From Haplodiscus bocki (taxonomy: Eukaryota), in contig OZ296648.1 of the NCBI GenBank assembly GCA_965655095.1, forward strand, positions 42,284,001-42,348,000: a stretch of DNA of 64,000 bases. The letters are read 5' to 3'. This document shows positions 1 through 12,502 of the stretch, piece after piece. The position numbers and the translations under genes are program-made. The notes beneath the pieces are model-generated. The model saw only the letters and a program-made list of their open reading frames with translations. It was not told the origin of the DNA and did no database searches. How positions within the stretch are numbered: position 1 is the stretch's first letter; the number at the start of each line of letters is the position of its first letter.

Positions 1-1135
1 TCCGCTCGAACCATCAACAAAAGAAACGGTTGTGAATGCGAACGTTCAAAAGATATGAGGAGCTCCATAGAAGGCAGAGCAATATAACAGGCACCTCTAA
101 TTGGGCTAAAAGTTGCAAATCTGGTATTAAACGGTGATATTTTTCGCAATAAGCATCCGCTCCCCGAGGCTGTGCTGGTAAAAAGTGTAGACAGCCTTAT
201 GTCGACGACGTTCAGATGCTCTTCAACTGATAGACCCTTTCAATAGAAAGTTGGCATAGGTGATCCAACAAATCTGGTGCCATCGTCTGTGTTGGTTGTT
301 CAAGCTCAACGGTTGCGCAGAAAAGGATCTTTTGAGGCTTTTGGGTAAAATTGTCTTTTAAAAGTTCTTCTATGTCGTGTTTCTTTCCAGCAACAGTTCC
401 AGAAGGTAATCTTCTCCAAATCCCTAAACTGGGAAAACTTTCAGAGCGCGGTTGAACGCTGTTCGAATTGATGACTTTTCCTGTTCGGCTCCGTGTGCTC
501 GAAGGAAACGCAAGTTTATGAGATTGTTCAAGATTTTCATGAAATGGTTGAATACTGTCCCACAATTTTAGCAAATGTTGCGAAAGAATCTCTTATGGCC
601 AAAATGGAAGTGTGTTGCCATTCCTGCCTTGAAAGCTGATTTGAAGGAACGTAGGGAACATTTTACTCTAAATTCGTTTAGTAGCGGTCGTGAAAATTAC
701 GATGTCGTTTCTGATTCTGCCAAGTTCCGTAGAAATTTCGCAGATAGTTCTTTTCTGTTTTTTTTTCACCAGTCATTTCTGATCAAAAGTGGGTTGCTGA
801 AAATATAGAATTTTCAAGAACTCGGTTACTATTATCTGCTTCAGGACTACTCTATTTGGTTCTCATCCACTTGAAAGAACACACCGAATTTTTTAAATGA
901 GCGTTCAGTTTTGTTTGCCAGCAATTAGCTACTCGGGTCCTAGTCAGGGCTGTCCTGTCTGTTTCTTCGATTTGTGTTCCTGTGCTTAAATTTGTTCCAG
1001 AATCATTCTTTTGTTTGCACGCGCGTACTAAACCTACTCATATTTCACTATCGCCGGCTTTCTTTCTGATGTTTGCTGACATGTTTTCAAACCCGGTGCG
1101 GGGGTTCTGTCACCTCTAGAGTGAGCGCCAACTGT
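1..1135 (-). mobile_element. Possible decayed Gypsy-like LTR retrotransposon 5' part (PBS and gag relic)
   Basis: Minus strand reads ...TACACA-gt-TGGCGCTC (1130-1123), resembling an LTR end followed by a primer-binding site. A broken ORF follows from an ATG near 1081, with a fragmentary ORF at 212-574. No diagnostic protein motif was seen. Confidence 0.3.
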
Positions 1136-1759
1136 GTACTGTAAAATTTTGAACCGTGTAACTGCTTTATTTTTAGAACGAATAAATTAATCGTGATACC
1201 TAAAAAATAAAAAACCTAGCTGAAAATGGGCTTTTTTGTTGACATTTTGAAAATGTTGCTGTCAGAGTGTTTTACTGCTACCATGGTTTTCGGTACAGAA
1301 AGTTTAAGTTGATAACTTTTTGATCAAACATACAGCACCGTTAAAAAATAAACACGTCAGTTCGGGTTCTCGAATTAATGGTATAGATCGATAGTCTGAA
1401 ATATTGATGTAGCACGCAATAAAGATACAAAAGTGTCTACAGTTGTTCGATGACGGTTCCTGTAGAAGCTTTTTGACAACTTCATTGATCGCAATGTCGG
1501 CGGCGAAAAACTTATCACAAATGTGATTATGCTGATGAATTGATTATCCCAGTGTTGGGCAAAAAGTGGTATGCACTCCTTTTGCAAGGAAGCGAATGTC
1601 TTCCTCCACGATCATCTTTGTCACAAATTAAGACCAAAAACATGTTTTTTTTCTACCGACAGGGGAAAATATTCGCTGCATGAACACCGTTGAAAGTGTA
1701 TAAGAAGTGCTCACATCTGCGCATGAAGATAAACAATTGATTTTATTCAGTCATATTTG

Positions 1760-2850
1760 GCATCAATTTTCGTATTCGAGAACACAATGTTGAGACTCTT
1801 CGGTCAGAGTCGACATGAACTGCTGATGATTTTTCATGGAGAAAAACCATTTCTGTATTCGCCGTCAATATGTGAGAAGCTTGTTGTGTGTTGGTAAGGT
1901 GCAAAACCATGAAGTAGTGCTTGGCAAACTGTGAAAACGGTAAACAAGGGCCACGACGGGTAAAGGCAAATGCTTCATAGGAATTTGATTAGGTTTTGTC
2001 ATCATTATCAACGGCCAAAAGAAGGCCAACAGTTTTTGGAAAAGGAAAGTGTTCGAACGTTCGCTTCCAAGAAATGCCTAGATCGTATTCAGAGCAATGA
2101 CGAATCTAGGTATAAGTTCGCGATTGAATATCTTCATGATTCCAGCAGCAACTTTCCATTGTTACGAGAAAGCTTTTTACCATAATTTCAGCGTAGCGAT
2201 CTTTGTCAATGTGATCTCAATGGCCATGTAAACATTTTCCACTGTCATTTTCCGGACGTGCGAGTTTGCATGAGTAAAGTTCAATTGCGTGAGGAATCTT
2301 TAGCATCTCAAAAGGCGTTTGTCACGAAAGAAAACATTTGCTCCAACTTGAAAGAACAAAACATCTCGGATAGTCTCGTTTCTGCTTCTTCATCTGAAAA
2401 GGCTTGAATTGTGCTATCGCTAGGATTTTCCTCATAAATGTAATCTTGGCATTTCAACCACTTTTCTTTGACTCCCTCATTTTTTCAAAAATTTGTCAGC
2501 AGGAACGCTTTCTGGGCGTAAAATCCATTCGCAGAAGAAATTTTGATTCAATTTACAATAACCGCGCAGTCGGAAAAGTGAGTGCAAGGCACCCTTCGCA
2601 AATTTGAAATTTCACCGTCCATGATGTTCATTGAATAGTATCCCAAATCTGTCAAATCTGATTTTGTTATTTTACAATTCACCTCCAAGTAAAGGTTTTG
2701 AGGCTCAACAAAGTTTGTTGTGTCCCGTTATTTCAAACTCCCAAGTACAACCATTGGGAGCGTAAACGAGGCCAATCTTTTGTTCGAACGAAGTATCAAA
2801 AAAAGTGGAGGTTCTCTATTTCTCGAACATGTCTAAGGAGCTGTGATGCC
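1760..2850 (-). pseudogene. Polinton major capsid protein relic
   Basis: Manual translation gives N-terminal SLDMFEK..EPPLFFDTSFEQKIGLVYAPNGCTWEFEITG..EPQNLYLEVNCKI and C-terminal HYFMVLHLTNTQQASH, resembling Polinton MCP ends. Disrupted. Confidence 0.6.
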
Positions 2851-3189
2851 TCCACTGATAATAATTAGAAAACATGCTTAACTTCTGGTATTTTGGACCG
2901 GATTCTCGCAGACTTCTTTTCCGTTTCAAGGTCATTTTTCTAACCTGTCCGCCCACTTGTTTCCTTTTTGTTGAACGGACGGCTGATTCCGCAGCCTGCA
3001 TTGGTGTTTTGCGCTGTGTTGAAACTTCCACAATTTTCAGTAAGCGCCGATCAATCAATTGTTCCCAATTCATTCGGCTGCTGGAAGCCAAGACCTTCTC
3101 GCAAATGGTAATGCAAATTGACAAACACCGGCTGCCAATGAACCAAATCCCCTTTCACGTTGCCGTAAACAGCGATAAAAGTCAAGTAG

Positions 3190-3866
3190 AACAGGTTGTC
3201 CGGTAATTAGATGGCATTTTAGAACTTTCAGAATGAACATTAGTGTCAAAGCGACTCGTCTCATCAAGAAAAAGGCTATTTTTTATCCTGTCACTGATAC
3301 CAATTAATTCTGTAACTCTTCTATGGCACAGGCAAATAGCTTACTGAAAGGAATTCTTAAGAAAACTTTGTGAACTGTCGTTGACGTAACTTGGAGCTTC
3401 CCGTTCGATAATCATTTGTAGCTGTCAATTGTCCACAAAGAGGCGATTAGACTCTGGTATCATGTTGCTATGAAATGATGCTTGTGGCGACCGAAAACAT
3501 GTTCGTTCCAGGAAACAGAACCGATGTATATTCACTTCTGATTGGTTGCTTCGTCTTCTCACTTTCTCGTGGTGACCAACAAAATCCAACTCCTGACTTG
3601 TTTACGTCAGGCAATCCGGTGAAGCCCGGAACATCCAAGATACTCCGATCGTAGACACCGACACTATAAATTTTCTTGAGTCAATTCCACGGTCTTTTGG
3701 GCAATGTTTTTCAAGCTTGTCGAAAAATTAAGATCAGCTACAACGACTCGGCAGTCACCTTCTAGGTGAAGTCGATGTGCTAGCTGATTGCGAAAAACCA
3801 CTGTTGTGAAAATCCATTGATCCGGTGGATTCGAGATGAATGTCGAAATTGTGAAGTTACTCATGT
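3190..3866 (-). pseudogene. Polinton minor capsid (penton)-like relic
   Basis: MSNFTISTFISN...FRNQLAHRLHLEGDCRVVVA resembles the N-terminal F.ITL.SN...F...L...L.LEG.W.VAL pattern of this Polinton gene. It lies between integrase and MCP. Confidence 0.5.
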
Positions 3867-3918
3867 CAATTCTTGTTTTTAATATTCTCTTTCAAGGTTT
3901 CACCGCTATAGTCGGCGA

Positions 3919-4790
3919 TTACATGTCAGTAAATTGAAACTTCGTGTTTTCGAAGGCCAAAAGTTTGTTAGTGAAATATTGATTGTAGCCCTTTTTAAAT
4001 TGAAAGTCTGCTAGTGCAATGCACTTTTTATGTCCGACTGGGAAACGCGGTTTTTTGACGAAAGTCTCGTGATTTTTCCGCAGCTTTTGCTCGTAGCTGG
4101 AAAACAAGTTTTTTGATACCTTGTTGGGTGCAAGTTTGGTTATTCTCTTCACGCGGGATTTGATTGTTTCAACAAACGACTGCAACGTGGTGATGTAGTT
4201 GTAAGTCCATGTGCTCAAAATACTTGTAAATTAATCTTTTGAGCGAACGAAGGTTTCTTTCAGCGATGCTGGCTTGGTCATACTTTCTGCCGTAGTATTG
4301 TTCATTTCTCCTGTCCCAAGAGTTCTTGAAAAAAATCTTTAAAATCTGTCCCTTTGTCTCACCAAACCTCTTCGGTTTCTTTCTTCGCAATCATTCTTCT
4401 ACAAGTTCTTGCAATTCCTTCAGCTGCCTCGGCGCGCCTCGTTAAAACTCAGGTAACGCAAAAGAACATGTACCACAACCATCCCTGATTCCCGTGTTAA
4501 AATCGGCTACGTTATACACAAATGCTCAGTCGACTGACGATTTTTCAATGATGTCATATGCAATCACGTCTAGGCGTGCTAATTTGCCTTTGGTTTGTTC
4601 ATATTTCGTATGAGCGTCTTTCAGTTTTAGGAAAGCTTCAACTGTTTTTCCTGATATTTTCGCTGCTCTCTCAACATTGGCTACACTACCAAATGCGGAT
4701 GCTCCGTCATCATAAAGATGTTCTAGCCTCTTCTCCTCAGCTGTCCAGACATCCCCAACATTTGCCTGCTTCTTCTTCTGTTGCAGAAAC
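3919..4790 (-). pseudogene. Polinton retroviral-like integrase relic
   Basis: LYDDGASAFGSVANVERAAKISGKTVEAFLKLKDAHTKY...LDVIAYDI (Polinton integrase N-terminus), IAERNLRSLKRLIYKY (catalytic E helix), KPRFPVGHK...FKKGYNQYFT (C-terminus). Split across three frames. Confidence 0.8.
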
Positions 4791-5729
4791 CCGCTCAATT
4801 TGCTACTCATCTTGAATTCTAAATCATTTCCTAGTTCGATTGGGAGTTTTTGATTTCGCTCGGACAAACTCGTTTTTCGATTTCGTGATGGGTTATCATC
4901 CGTGTCCTTGCAGAGTTTGCAACAAACTGGGAAGTCAAGTTTTTTCCCCGAAAAAAATTGTAGTCTGGATCTGGTGGATCTTTCTTGCTAGGTTGCATGT
5001 TTCAAAGAAGAACTCTTTCATCATTTGATGTATTTGTTCCCAACTCTAATCACGCCGTCTTTGTTCACGATTACATCTTCAGTTTCTTCAATTCAATTGA
5101 TTTCGTTTAATCTTTTTGAGCAAGATTCAGTAATAGGATGGATCTGAAAACACGTTTTCGCAAGTCTACCTGGCTTTTTTCTCTTCGTATTCCTTTTCAA
5201 TGAGTTCTTTCGTGTTATCCTCGTTCAAGGCTTGACGTTGCAAAACTGCGAGAAGTTTTGCTCTTGCGTGAGAAGTGGGATCGTCGAACATATCTAGCGC
5301 CTTTCCCTGCTTTTCAACAATTCCCTTTCGGAATCAAAAAAGTCCTGCGAGCTCACTTGTAAGATAGCAATACCAAGGGTGACTGATTAGCTCCAACAAT
5401 TTTGATCCAGTTGGTAAAGCAACACTTCTTGCCTCTACTTTGTATTTGTTGAATCATGGCACAGAAATTTTAGTTCCTTCTCGCAGTGCAAGAAATCATT
5501 CATGTCAAAAGGAAAAGTTCCCTTCGTTTTATTCGCAGCATATTCACGAAAGGATTTAACTGTGCTGTCAGCACAATGATCTAAAAATTTTGGATAGCCT
5601 TTCAGCCTTTCGATAAATCTTTTGTAAAATCATTTTTTTCGAGTTCATTTGTCAATGGTATTTCTTAGACTAGTGATGAAGGTGAATAAAATTTTGCAGG
5701 GGCCGGTCCCATTACTTTTCAACAAAAGA

Positions 5730-6250
5730 GTAGCGAATCAAGGCTTCAAGGATCAAAATCAAGGAGTGGCCACATCGTTTAGACGTAGCCTTCTTGTAAA
5801 AATCGCTCAGAAGTTATCTTCCATTCAGCAGTCTTCCATATACTTCAATTTGTAGAACAACTCGTGGTGATTTGAAAAGGTTAATTTGAATTGTATTCAG
5901 GTCTATAGGTGGCGACCACTTGCTTTGAAATGAATTTCGCTTGACGAAAATGCAATGAATTTTCTAATATTTTCCCGCAGATTCAGTTCTTACAAATTGT
6001 TCTTTCTGTTAAATTTCTTCGCATGAATCATCGCATACCAGTAGAAAAATCGCCAGTTCTGTTGATCATTCCAAAATCCAAGCAAGGTATAAATTCAAGA
6101 TATAATTCTTCAAACATTTCCTCTGACAGTGGCTGATAGTCCATGTAAAAAGAAAACGTATTGTCTATTGGTGGGGAAAAGCAAACATGGAAAAGACTAA
6201 CCGAGTCTTTCCTGGTTCATTGACCCAAACATGGACATAATAAGAAGGTC
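5730..6250 (-). pseudogene. Polinton DNA-packaging ATPase (A32/FtsK-like) relic
   Basis: Manual translation: LLVCDDSCEEI*QKEQFVRTESAGKY*KIHCIFVKRNSFQSKWSPPIDLNTIQINLFKSPRVVLQI...FYKKATSKRCGHSLI, matching the Walker B and downstream motifs of Polinton ATPases, with in-frame stops. Confidence 0.75.
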
Positions 6251-9200
6251 GTCACCGAAAAATAACTTACTCAAAACATTGGAACTGAAAACAAATGACC
6301 AGCTGCTCCGATTAAAAAACAAAACCAAACTGTTTTACCTTCGCAAGACGGGGGATCAAACACCAATTATAGTAAAAATTCAATCACTACAAGTAATAAA
6401 ACAGCCACTTGCGTGAAGGCAAAACTTGAGATCGTGGCAAGGTGGTGGAATTACAAAAGCTGCGGAATAACCTTTCACTCTGACCATGGTCAAAAACAAT
6501 GTCTTCAACTGGTAAGCCGTCTACTGAGTCGGCAGTATGTCATTCCATTTCGTTTAGAAGAAGACTTTGAAAAGCAAAAATTCATTTCAGAAAAGTTACA
6601 TGGAAATTACAGACGACATCAACAAAATAACTTCAAAAAATGTCATTGACAAAATCATTAGCAAAAAGTTTAAGACAATGTAATTGTTAATTCATTAAGT
6701 TATTTTTCATCAGCTCTTCTTCACTCCTTCTTGGAAATGAGGCTGGGAAAGGAAGAGCTTCCAGAACACCCCGTCCACCAACTAACTCTTTTGCAATCTG
6801 CTTGGGTACCAATGGGTAATCAATTCGATCTAGTTTCGTCTGGTTCAAAAACTTGTTCTAATCAGATTTTGTAGTCAACTGTTGAACATGAATTTCGATT
6901 TGATGAGAAGTATATGTTAATAAAGCTGTGATTGAGTTTATACTTTAATTGATGCGGCTGAACTCCACGGGTATCAATTGGATGATGGCTTTTTTAAACT
7001 ATTATGGGAGGCAAACTCTACTACCTCCGATTTAACAAGGCAAATATGAGTATGAGTTTCGTTGATCAGTCCCACCGCCATTGGTTGAATTGCTGCCGTT
7101 AGGTGTAGATACAGTTTCGGGGATAGGACTAGCTCTGGCTTCTGAAGTTTCGTTAGGCTCGTTGGCATTGTTATATCTGGTTGATTAGGCAAATGTAGAA
7201 GCAAAATGCGTTTTTCTTTGAGCAGTGGTCGAACGTTCAGAGTTATTCAAGTTAAAGCAAATCGTGTCGATGCAACGAGACCAACCGTTACTTTAGTACA
7301 ACCAACCATCTCTATATCGATGATGCAGAATTTCTTTCGCAACAAGCCACTTTTCCTGTCATTTTATATAGTAAACAGCATTTGGAAAAAGCACTTTTAG
7401 ACTTGTGGAAAAATTAAACGGCAACGAGAACACAGATGTTCCAGCGTTCCAGTCCAGTGCATGCAAGTGTCTTGTTAACCGATACAACGTTCTTGTGACA
7501 ACTTGCGGATTAAGGTGTTCACCAAAAGGAGGTCGATATCGAATTGCTAGGCGCGCAAACTGGAAATTCTTTGAAGAAGGAGGGAATTTTGTGTCAAAAC
7601 CCTTCGAAATCGATTTTAACTATTTTTGTTGACAACAATTCAGTTTTTTGAAGCATCTAGGATCGAAAACATATTTCAGAGCGAAGACGGCAGACAATTG
7701 TTGAGTGACCGTTGAAAAAATACTGGCAACTGTCAAGAGAAGGGATTTTTCTCAGGATACAACCTAGTTGGTAGATTTAGGTTCAGTGAAACAACCAACT
7801 ACTGACTTTTGATTTCTCCTGGTTCTTGTTTTCGGTAAATTCTCTCCGACGAATGACCGAATATCTTCAAAGAGACCAATCATAAAGCGATGATGATCTT
7901 CGTCCGCAAGCACGTCACAATTCTCAAAATTAATTTGCAGTTACAACAGATCGTTTATAAAAAAACAAAGGGAAAACTTCATTGGATCTTTCCAAGTTGT
8001 CTGAAGAAAATTACGAGGAATTGCAAAAAATCATAGCTATCACAAGCTGTGATGAACATTTCAAAATTTTCCTTGTTTTAACTGAAGCAGACTGATTTTT
8101 GTTTTTGTTCAAGCAATTTTTCTATTGTGTTTTGGTGATGTCAGAATTATATTTGTTGAATTGCAGAAATCATCGCGATTTAATATAGTTCTCGTTGCTG
8201 GATCTTCATATTGGAAAACAACTAACTAAATATTGTAGCAACCAGTATTCGTTATATTACTGAATTCCACAGCTAACAGCCAAAAAAAGGCTGGTAGACG
8301 GCTGGGTGTTCCACTCTAAAAATCATGAGTACATTCCATTCCATTGGTTATCAGTCCAAGGTGAGGCACGAAAAAACGCGCGCTTATTTAATCATAGTAA
8401 ACAAACCTTAACCCTTGGAGGTTTTGTGAGGCAAAGTGAAGCGAAGAATTCCGATTTTATTTTCCAGAAAAATCGAACCTGCCTTTCTTTTGTAATTGTC
8501 AGCATAGTCCACGAAGATAACTTTTACAAATAATTCCACGATCTTTTGCTTTTTGAGACAACAAGATTCTTTCATTTCCAGTTTGAGAATATTATCAACG
8601 GACCATGACTTGTATTTTTCTCAAGAGCATTTGAAGCCGACTGATAGCTGACATTTTTCCGAGACAAATGTCAATTCCACAACATGTTTTTTTTTCAAAT
8701 CTGATCCCGCCGTACATTTCGGGGCAAAAGCATGAAGAGCCTTCGGCATCCCCCCTCAGGTTCGACTGTGAACTCGCTTCCGTGATGATACATTTTATCA
8801 AGGTCATCGTATTAGTTTCAGAGAAACTGATGTGACAAACTATTGCGAACAAAGACATTCCGAAGAGTGCTATCAGTGAAACCCAAAATCTAGCCATCAA
8901 AGTGAACTGAAACGGATCCATTTAGCTGACATAATGATTTCCGTTCCCCGATGCACCGGATTCTCAAACAAAGCTCATCTTTTGAGCATCAGGAGTTACA
9001 TTGTCACAATGCTGTGATGATGGCGCAGAGGATAAGTCACCAGTTCCTCATTAAAAGAAAGTTCAGACGAGTAGGTTCGAAAACAGCTAGGGTCCAATTT
9101 CTCGTAACTTCGATTCGAAAATACTTTGAGATTATACACCGATGAAAAACCACTTTAGGATTATACCCGTTGCGGATTACCCTGGAAGATTACCTTTGAG

Positions 9201-9459
9201 CGGATACGGCAGAAAAATACACTAGTTTACTGACGACATTTCGGAGATTTAGGGTTGAAATTTCGAAAAAAATCTATTGAAACCTGATATCCCATTCTTG
9301 CAAAAATCAATCGGAAAACTTAATCACTGCAACCAAAACGTTGTTATCTTGCTCCATATTCTTTAGAAAAATCAAGCAGAGTCTTTCTCTCATATGGAAC
9401 GTTTTTGACCCGATTTCTGCCACTTCATTCACGCCACAACGACAAGTTTCATCACGTTT

Positions 9460-9850
9460 CTGAACGTGCAAATCTTTTTCGACCAAATCGTAGAATATTT
9501 ACCGTAGAATGCGACTGAAAGAGTTAGATCTCTCAAAACGTTAAGAATTTGTTTCTTTTTCGAAAAAAAAATAGGTTTTTCGAAAAAAACTTGAATTTTT
9601 TCAAAATCGCGTAAGATGGCAAGTCTGCTGTAGAATGCATACCAAATGGCATTATTTTCCGAAGAATTCTCATCCGCACTAATTATGTTTTTTTTTTCGG
9701 CAAAAAAATCAGAAAACTTCTAACGTTGGAAAAATTAGAAACTATGGTGAAGAGTGCTTTTCAAGAAAAAATCGTCCTCATCTTTCTAAAAAGCCTTCTT
9801 TACAAGAATGTGGCGCAAAAAAGCATGTGGTATCCGGCCGTCTGGTTTGT
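9460..9850 (-). repeat. Interspersed repeat related to the element at 38243
   Basis: The minus-strand start AAACCAGACGGCCGGATACCACATGC...GCGCCA resembles ACAAGACGGCCGGCTAGCACCGGCAT...TCGCCCA at 38243. Confidence 0.45.
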
Positions 9851-12275
9851 TGTATATTGAAGTCTCCTGGCTGGTAATCAGTGAGATATTCAAATTATTG
9901 GTCCATTTCAAACTTACTTCCAGGCCAAAGGATGAAACTTGATAAAGTAACTTCAAACCGCCAAAAAATCGATTTCTAAATTTTTCCCAGTAAAGCTATT
10001 GAAAAACTCCAACAAAGAAGATGCAACATCTAAAAAATTTAAGTCTCCTTTCCATACTTTAGAAAATAGGTTCTGTGAAACACACAGGCGATGCGGAATT
10101 TCGCAAAACAACCTGACATGTCAGTTTGGATCACGGATCCCGAAAGACATTTGCAAACATGATCGGAGATTTGATTGACATTTTAGGGAAAACTGTACCA
10201 GCTATCAGTCAACAGTTTTAAAAATAAGTCAAATTGAGACAAGTATCAATCGCACTGACTCACAATCAAAAGAGGTGAGGTTAGGCCATTTTAATGCTCA
10301 ATTCTCAACAGTTTGCACACTGAAAAACGAGAAAAAGAACAAGTTCCAGTCAGAGGGCCTCATAAACGAAAATTCGATATGCTTATCAATCACATTTTTT
10401 TCAAAATCTTTCAAATGTCCCACGAAGTTCCTCATTTCGGACGGGATCACAAAATGTCGTACGAAAAACTATCAGAATACAAAAACCGAGTAACGCTATG
10501 TTTTCCGCACAAAGGACAAGCGCGAAAAATGAACACTTATCTGCCACAATCTCTCATTCGAAGAACTGATTTGCCAATCAAGTTTTTCAGGCTATGCCAT
10601 TTTGCTGCCCAATGTTTAAGTTGTACATTCAAAAACGAGATAATGAGCAACAACCAGTCACAGTTTCTCATGCTCAGAATTTTGATACGTCAATTATGTA
10701 TTCTCAGGTTATGTCAATTAGCTGCCCAAAATTTAAGTTTGCAGAGTAAACATGAAAACGAACAAGTACCTGCCCAAAAAACATCCACTTTTGACCATTT
10801 ACGCTACAGCACTAGATTTTCTGATGGCGTCGAAAAATGCAAGCTTGGCAGAGGAAAACAAAACTAAGCAAAGGCCGGTTTTCAATACACATTATTCTTT
10901 TCAGTCACATTGTGTGGAAAAATAGGAGTGAAATTTGACTACTCTCGAAAAGGCTCAATTTCAATTGATTTTCGCAAATGAGCAATCGAATCAATTCCTG
11001 ACCGCAACCAAAATATCATATGCAAAAAATTGCAGTTTCCTTGCTTTTCCTTTGCAAAATATAGGCCGTTTCAAGATTTATCTTTCAGGATAAACTATTA
11101 CAAATTGACGAGAAATCGACGAAATAGCCAAAAATAGCTCGATTTTCATGTTTCTTTTCGCAGAAACCGCACCGCCAGAAAAAACTATTGTGTGAATAAA
11201 AAAACTTCTCCTGCTTACGTCTGTGTAGAATTTACATGATTTGGAGGCCTATATGCGAAAATAAACTACTTCTAGTAGGACAAAGTACCGTCAAAGTAAC
11301 TGAAATCAGTTCGATTTTAAAGTTTTTTTGTCGGAAACTTATCGAACCCCAACTAAATTTTAGCAGGTGGTAGAGCCGTGCCGTAACTTTTGTGCAAAAA
11401 TTAGAAAAATCTGTCAAATAAGTAAAGAGAAATTGAGCATTAAACGAAAAAATCAACATTGAAATTTAACGTGAAAAAGTTTGTATCACAATTTTCCTCA
11501 CAGATTGGATTGGATAGATATAGTCGGCTGAACAAAGGCCGCTAGCTAAATAATTTGATGAAAGTATCCTACTTTATAATTTTTCTACAAATTAGATTTA
11601 CAGATGTCTAAAAAGGTCAAGGCGTGCCCTTTATAATATAAAAATCCTTCGGCGTCAATATTTGAAAAAAAAGTTAACGCACTGGTTATTAAAAATCATG
11701 TAACACTAATGAAGAGACTGAATGGTACGAACAGTAGATGACATCGGAGAACGCATGAATTAGCGCAACGAATATCGAGAAGCGAAAAGAGTAAAAATGC
11801 AACAATCCAAATCGCCAAGTTGACTTTTGTATGAGTACCGAACTACGGAAACTGAAAAGGCATTTCCACTGAAACCTTTGAACAAAACAACACAAGAATT
11901 TAGAAAAGTAATCAAATTAGTCAACGACTCCGTCTTTTTCGACAATTGATAATTCAATAACAGAGTGATTACTCTTAGCAATCAAATGAACTACGTTAGC
12001 GCATAAAGATTTAAGCTTTTCTTTTTTCCAATTTTTATGGCAGCAAATGCATGATACATACTGAAAGGGCAAAACCACACTTCTTATAATTAATGTTTGC
12101 GTCCCTTTTTTGTTTATACACTGTATCAAATATTCTAGTCTGCTAACAGGTAGAAAAAATACCCGTTGAATATTGCTTGGGTAAATCTAACTATTGACGC
12201 AAATCACATCGTGTGGGCATATCTCAACAGACAAACTTATCCTCGTTGACAATTATGTGCGTGGAGTGGACATAC

Positions 12276-12502
12276 TTAGCAGGTGATATTTCCTCTCCGC
12301 GGAATGATTTGACAACCTTCACCCCGTAGACGATGATTGGTCGTCTGAGGATGTGGGCTAACACAAATATATGCAGTTGTTCTAAGGGCTGTCCTGGCTG
12401 GGCTGCTATCTTGCTGAGGGTGCACCATTCTGCTTCCAGCTGCTTGTTGTCCAGAGTGAAGCCAGCCTCACTCGCATTTCGCACCTCCTGCTCCCTCCAT
12501 CG
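12276..12502 (-). CDS. ZRANB1: TRABID/ZRANB1 coding exon (central OTU domain)
   Basis: RWREQE...AAQPGQPLEQLHIFVLAHILRRPIIVYGVKVVKSFRGE is nearly identical to the TRABID OTU signature. Acceptor ttgtaccag|CGA is phase 0, matching the upstream donor at 33944. Donor AA|gtatgt at 12275 (phase 2). Confidence 0.93.

Larger units (their letters stand above)
1400..6650 (-). mobile_element. Decayed Maverick/Polinton endogenous element (ATPase - integrase - minor capsid - major capsid)
   Basis: Co-oriented pseudogenes with Polinton-type motifs in a typical cluster (see sub-features). Many stops and frameshifts; no TIRs found; boundaries approximate and may extend to about 9.4 kb. Confidence 0.8.

Noticed and set aside
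6650-9450. pPolB or Helitron Rep/helicase relic
   Set aside because: Looks like decayed coding DNA, but no diagnostic motif could be read with confidence.
12140-12190. Possible next TRABID micro-exon (ttag|ATTTACCCAAGC...GG|gtattt)
   Set aside because: The phase fits, but the translation (KFTQAIFNG) does not match the expected FQGVYLP motif and no GHFSAL exon follows in the window.
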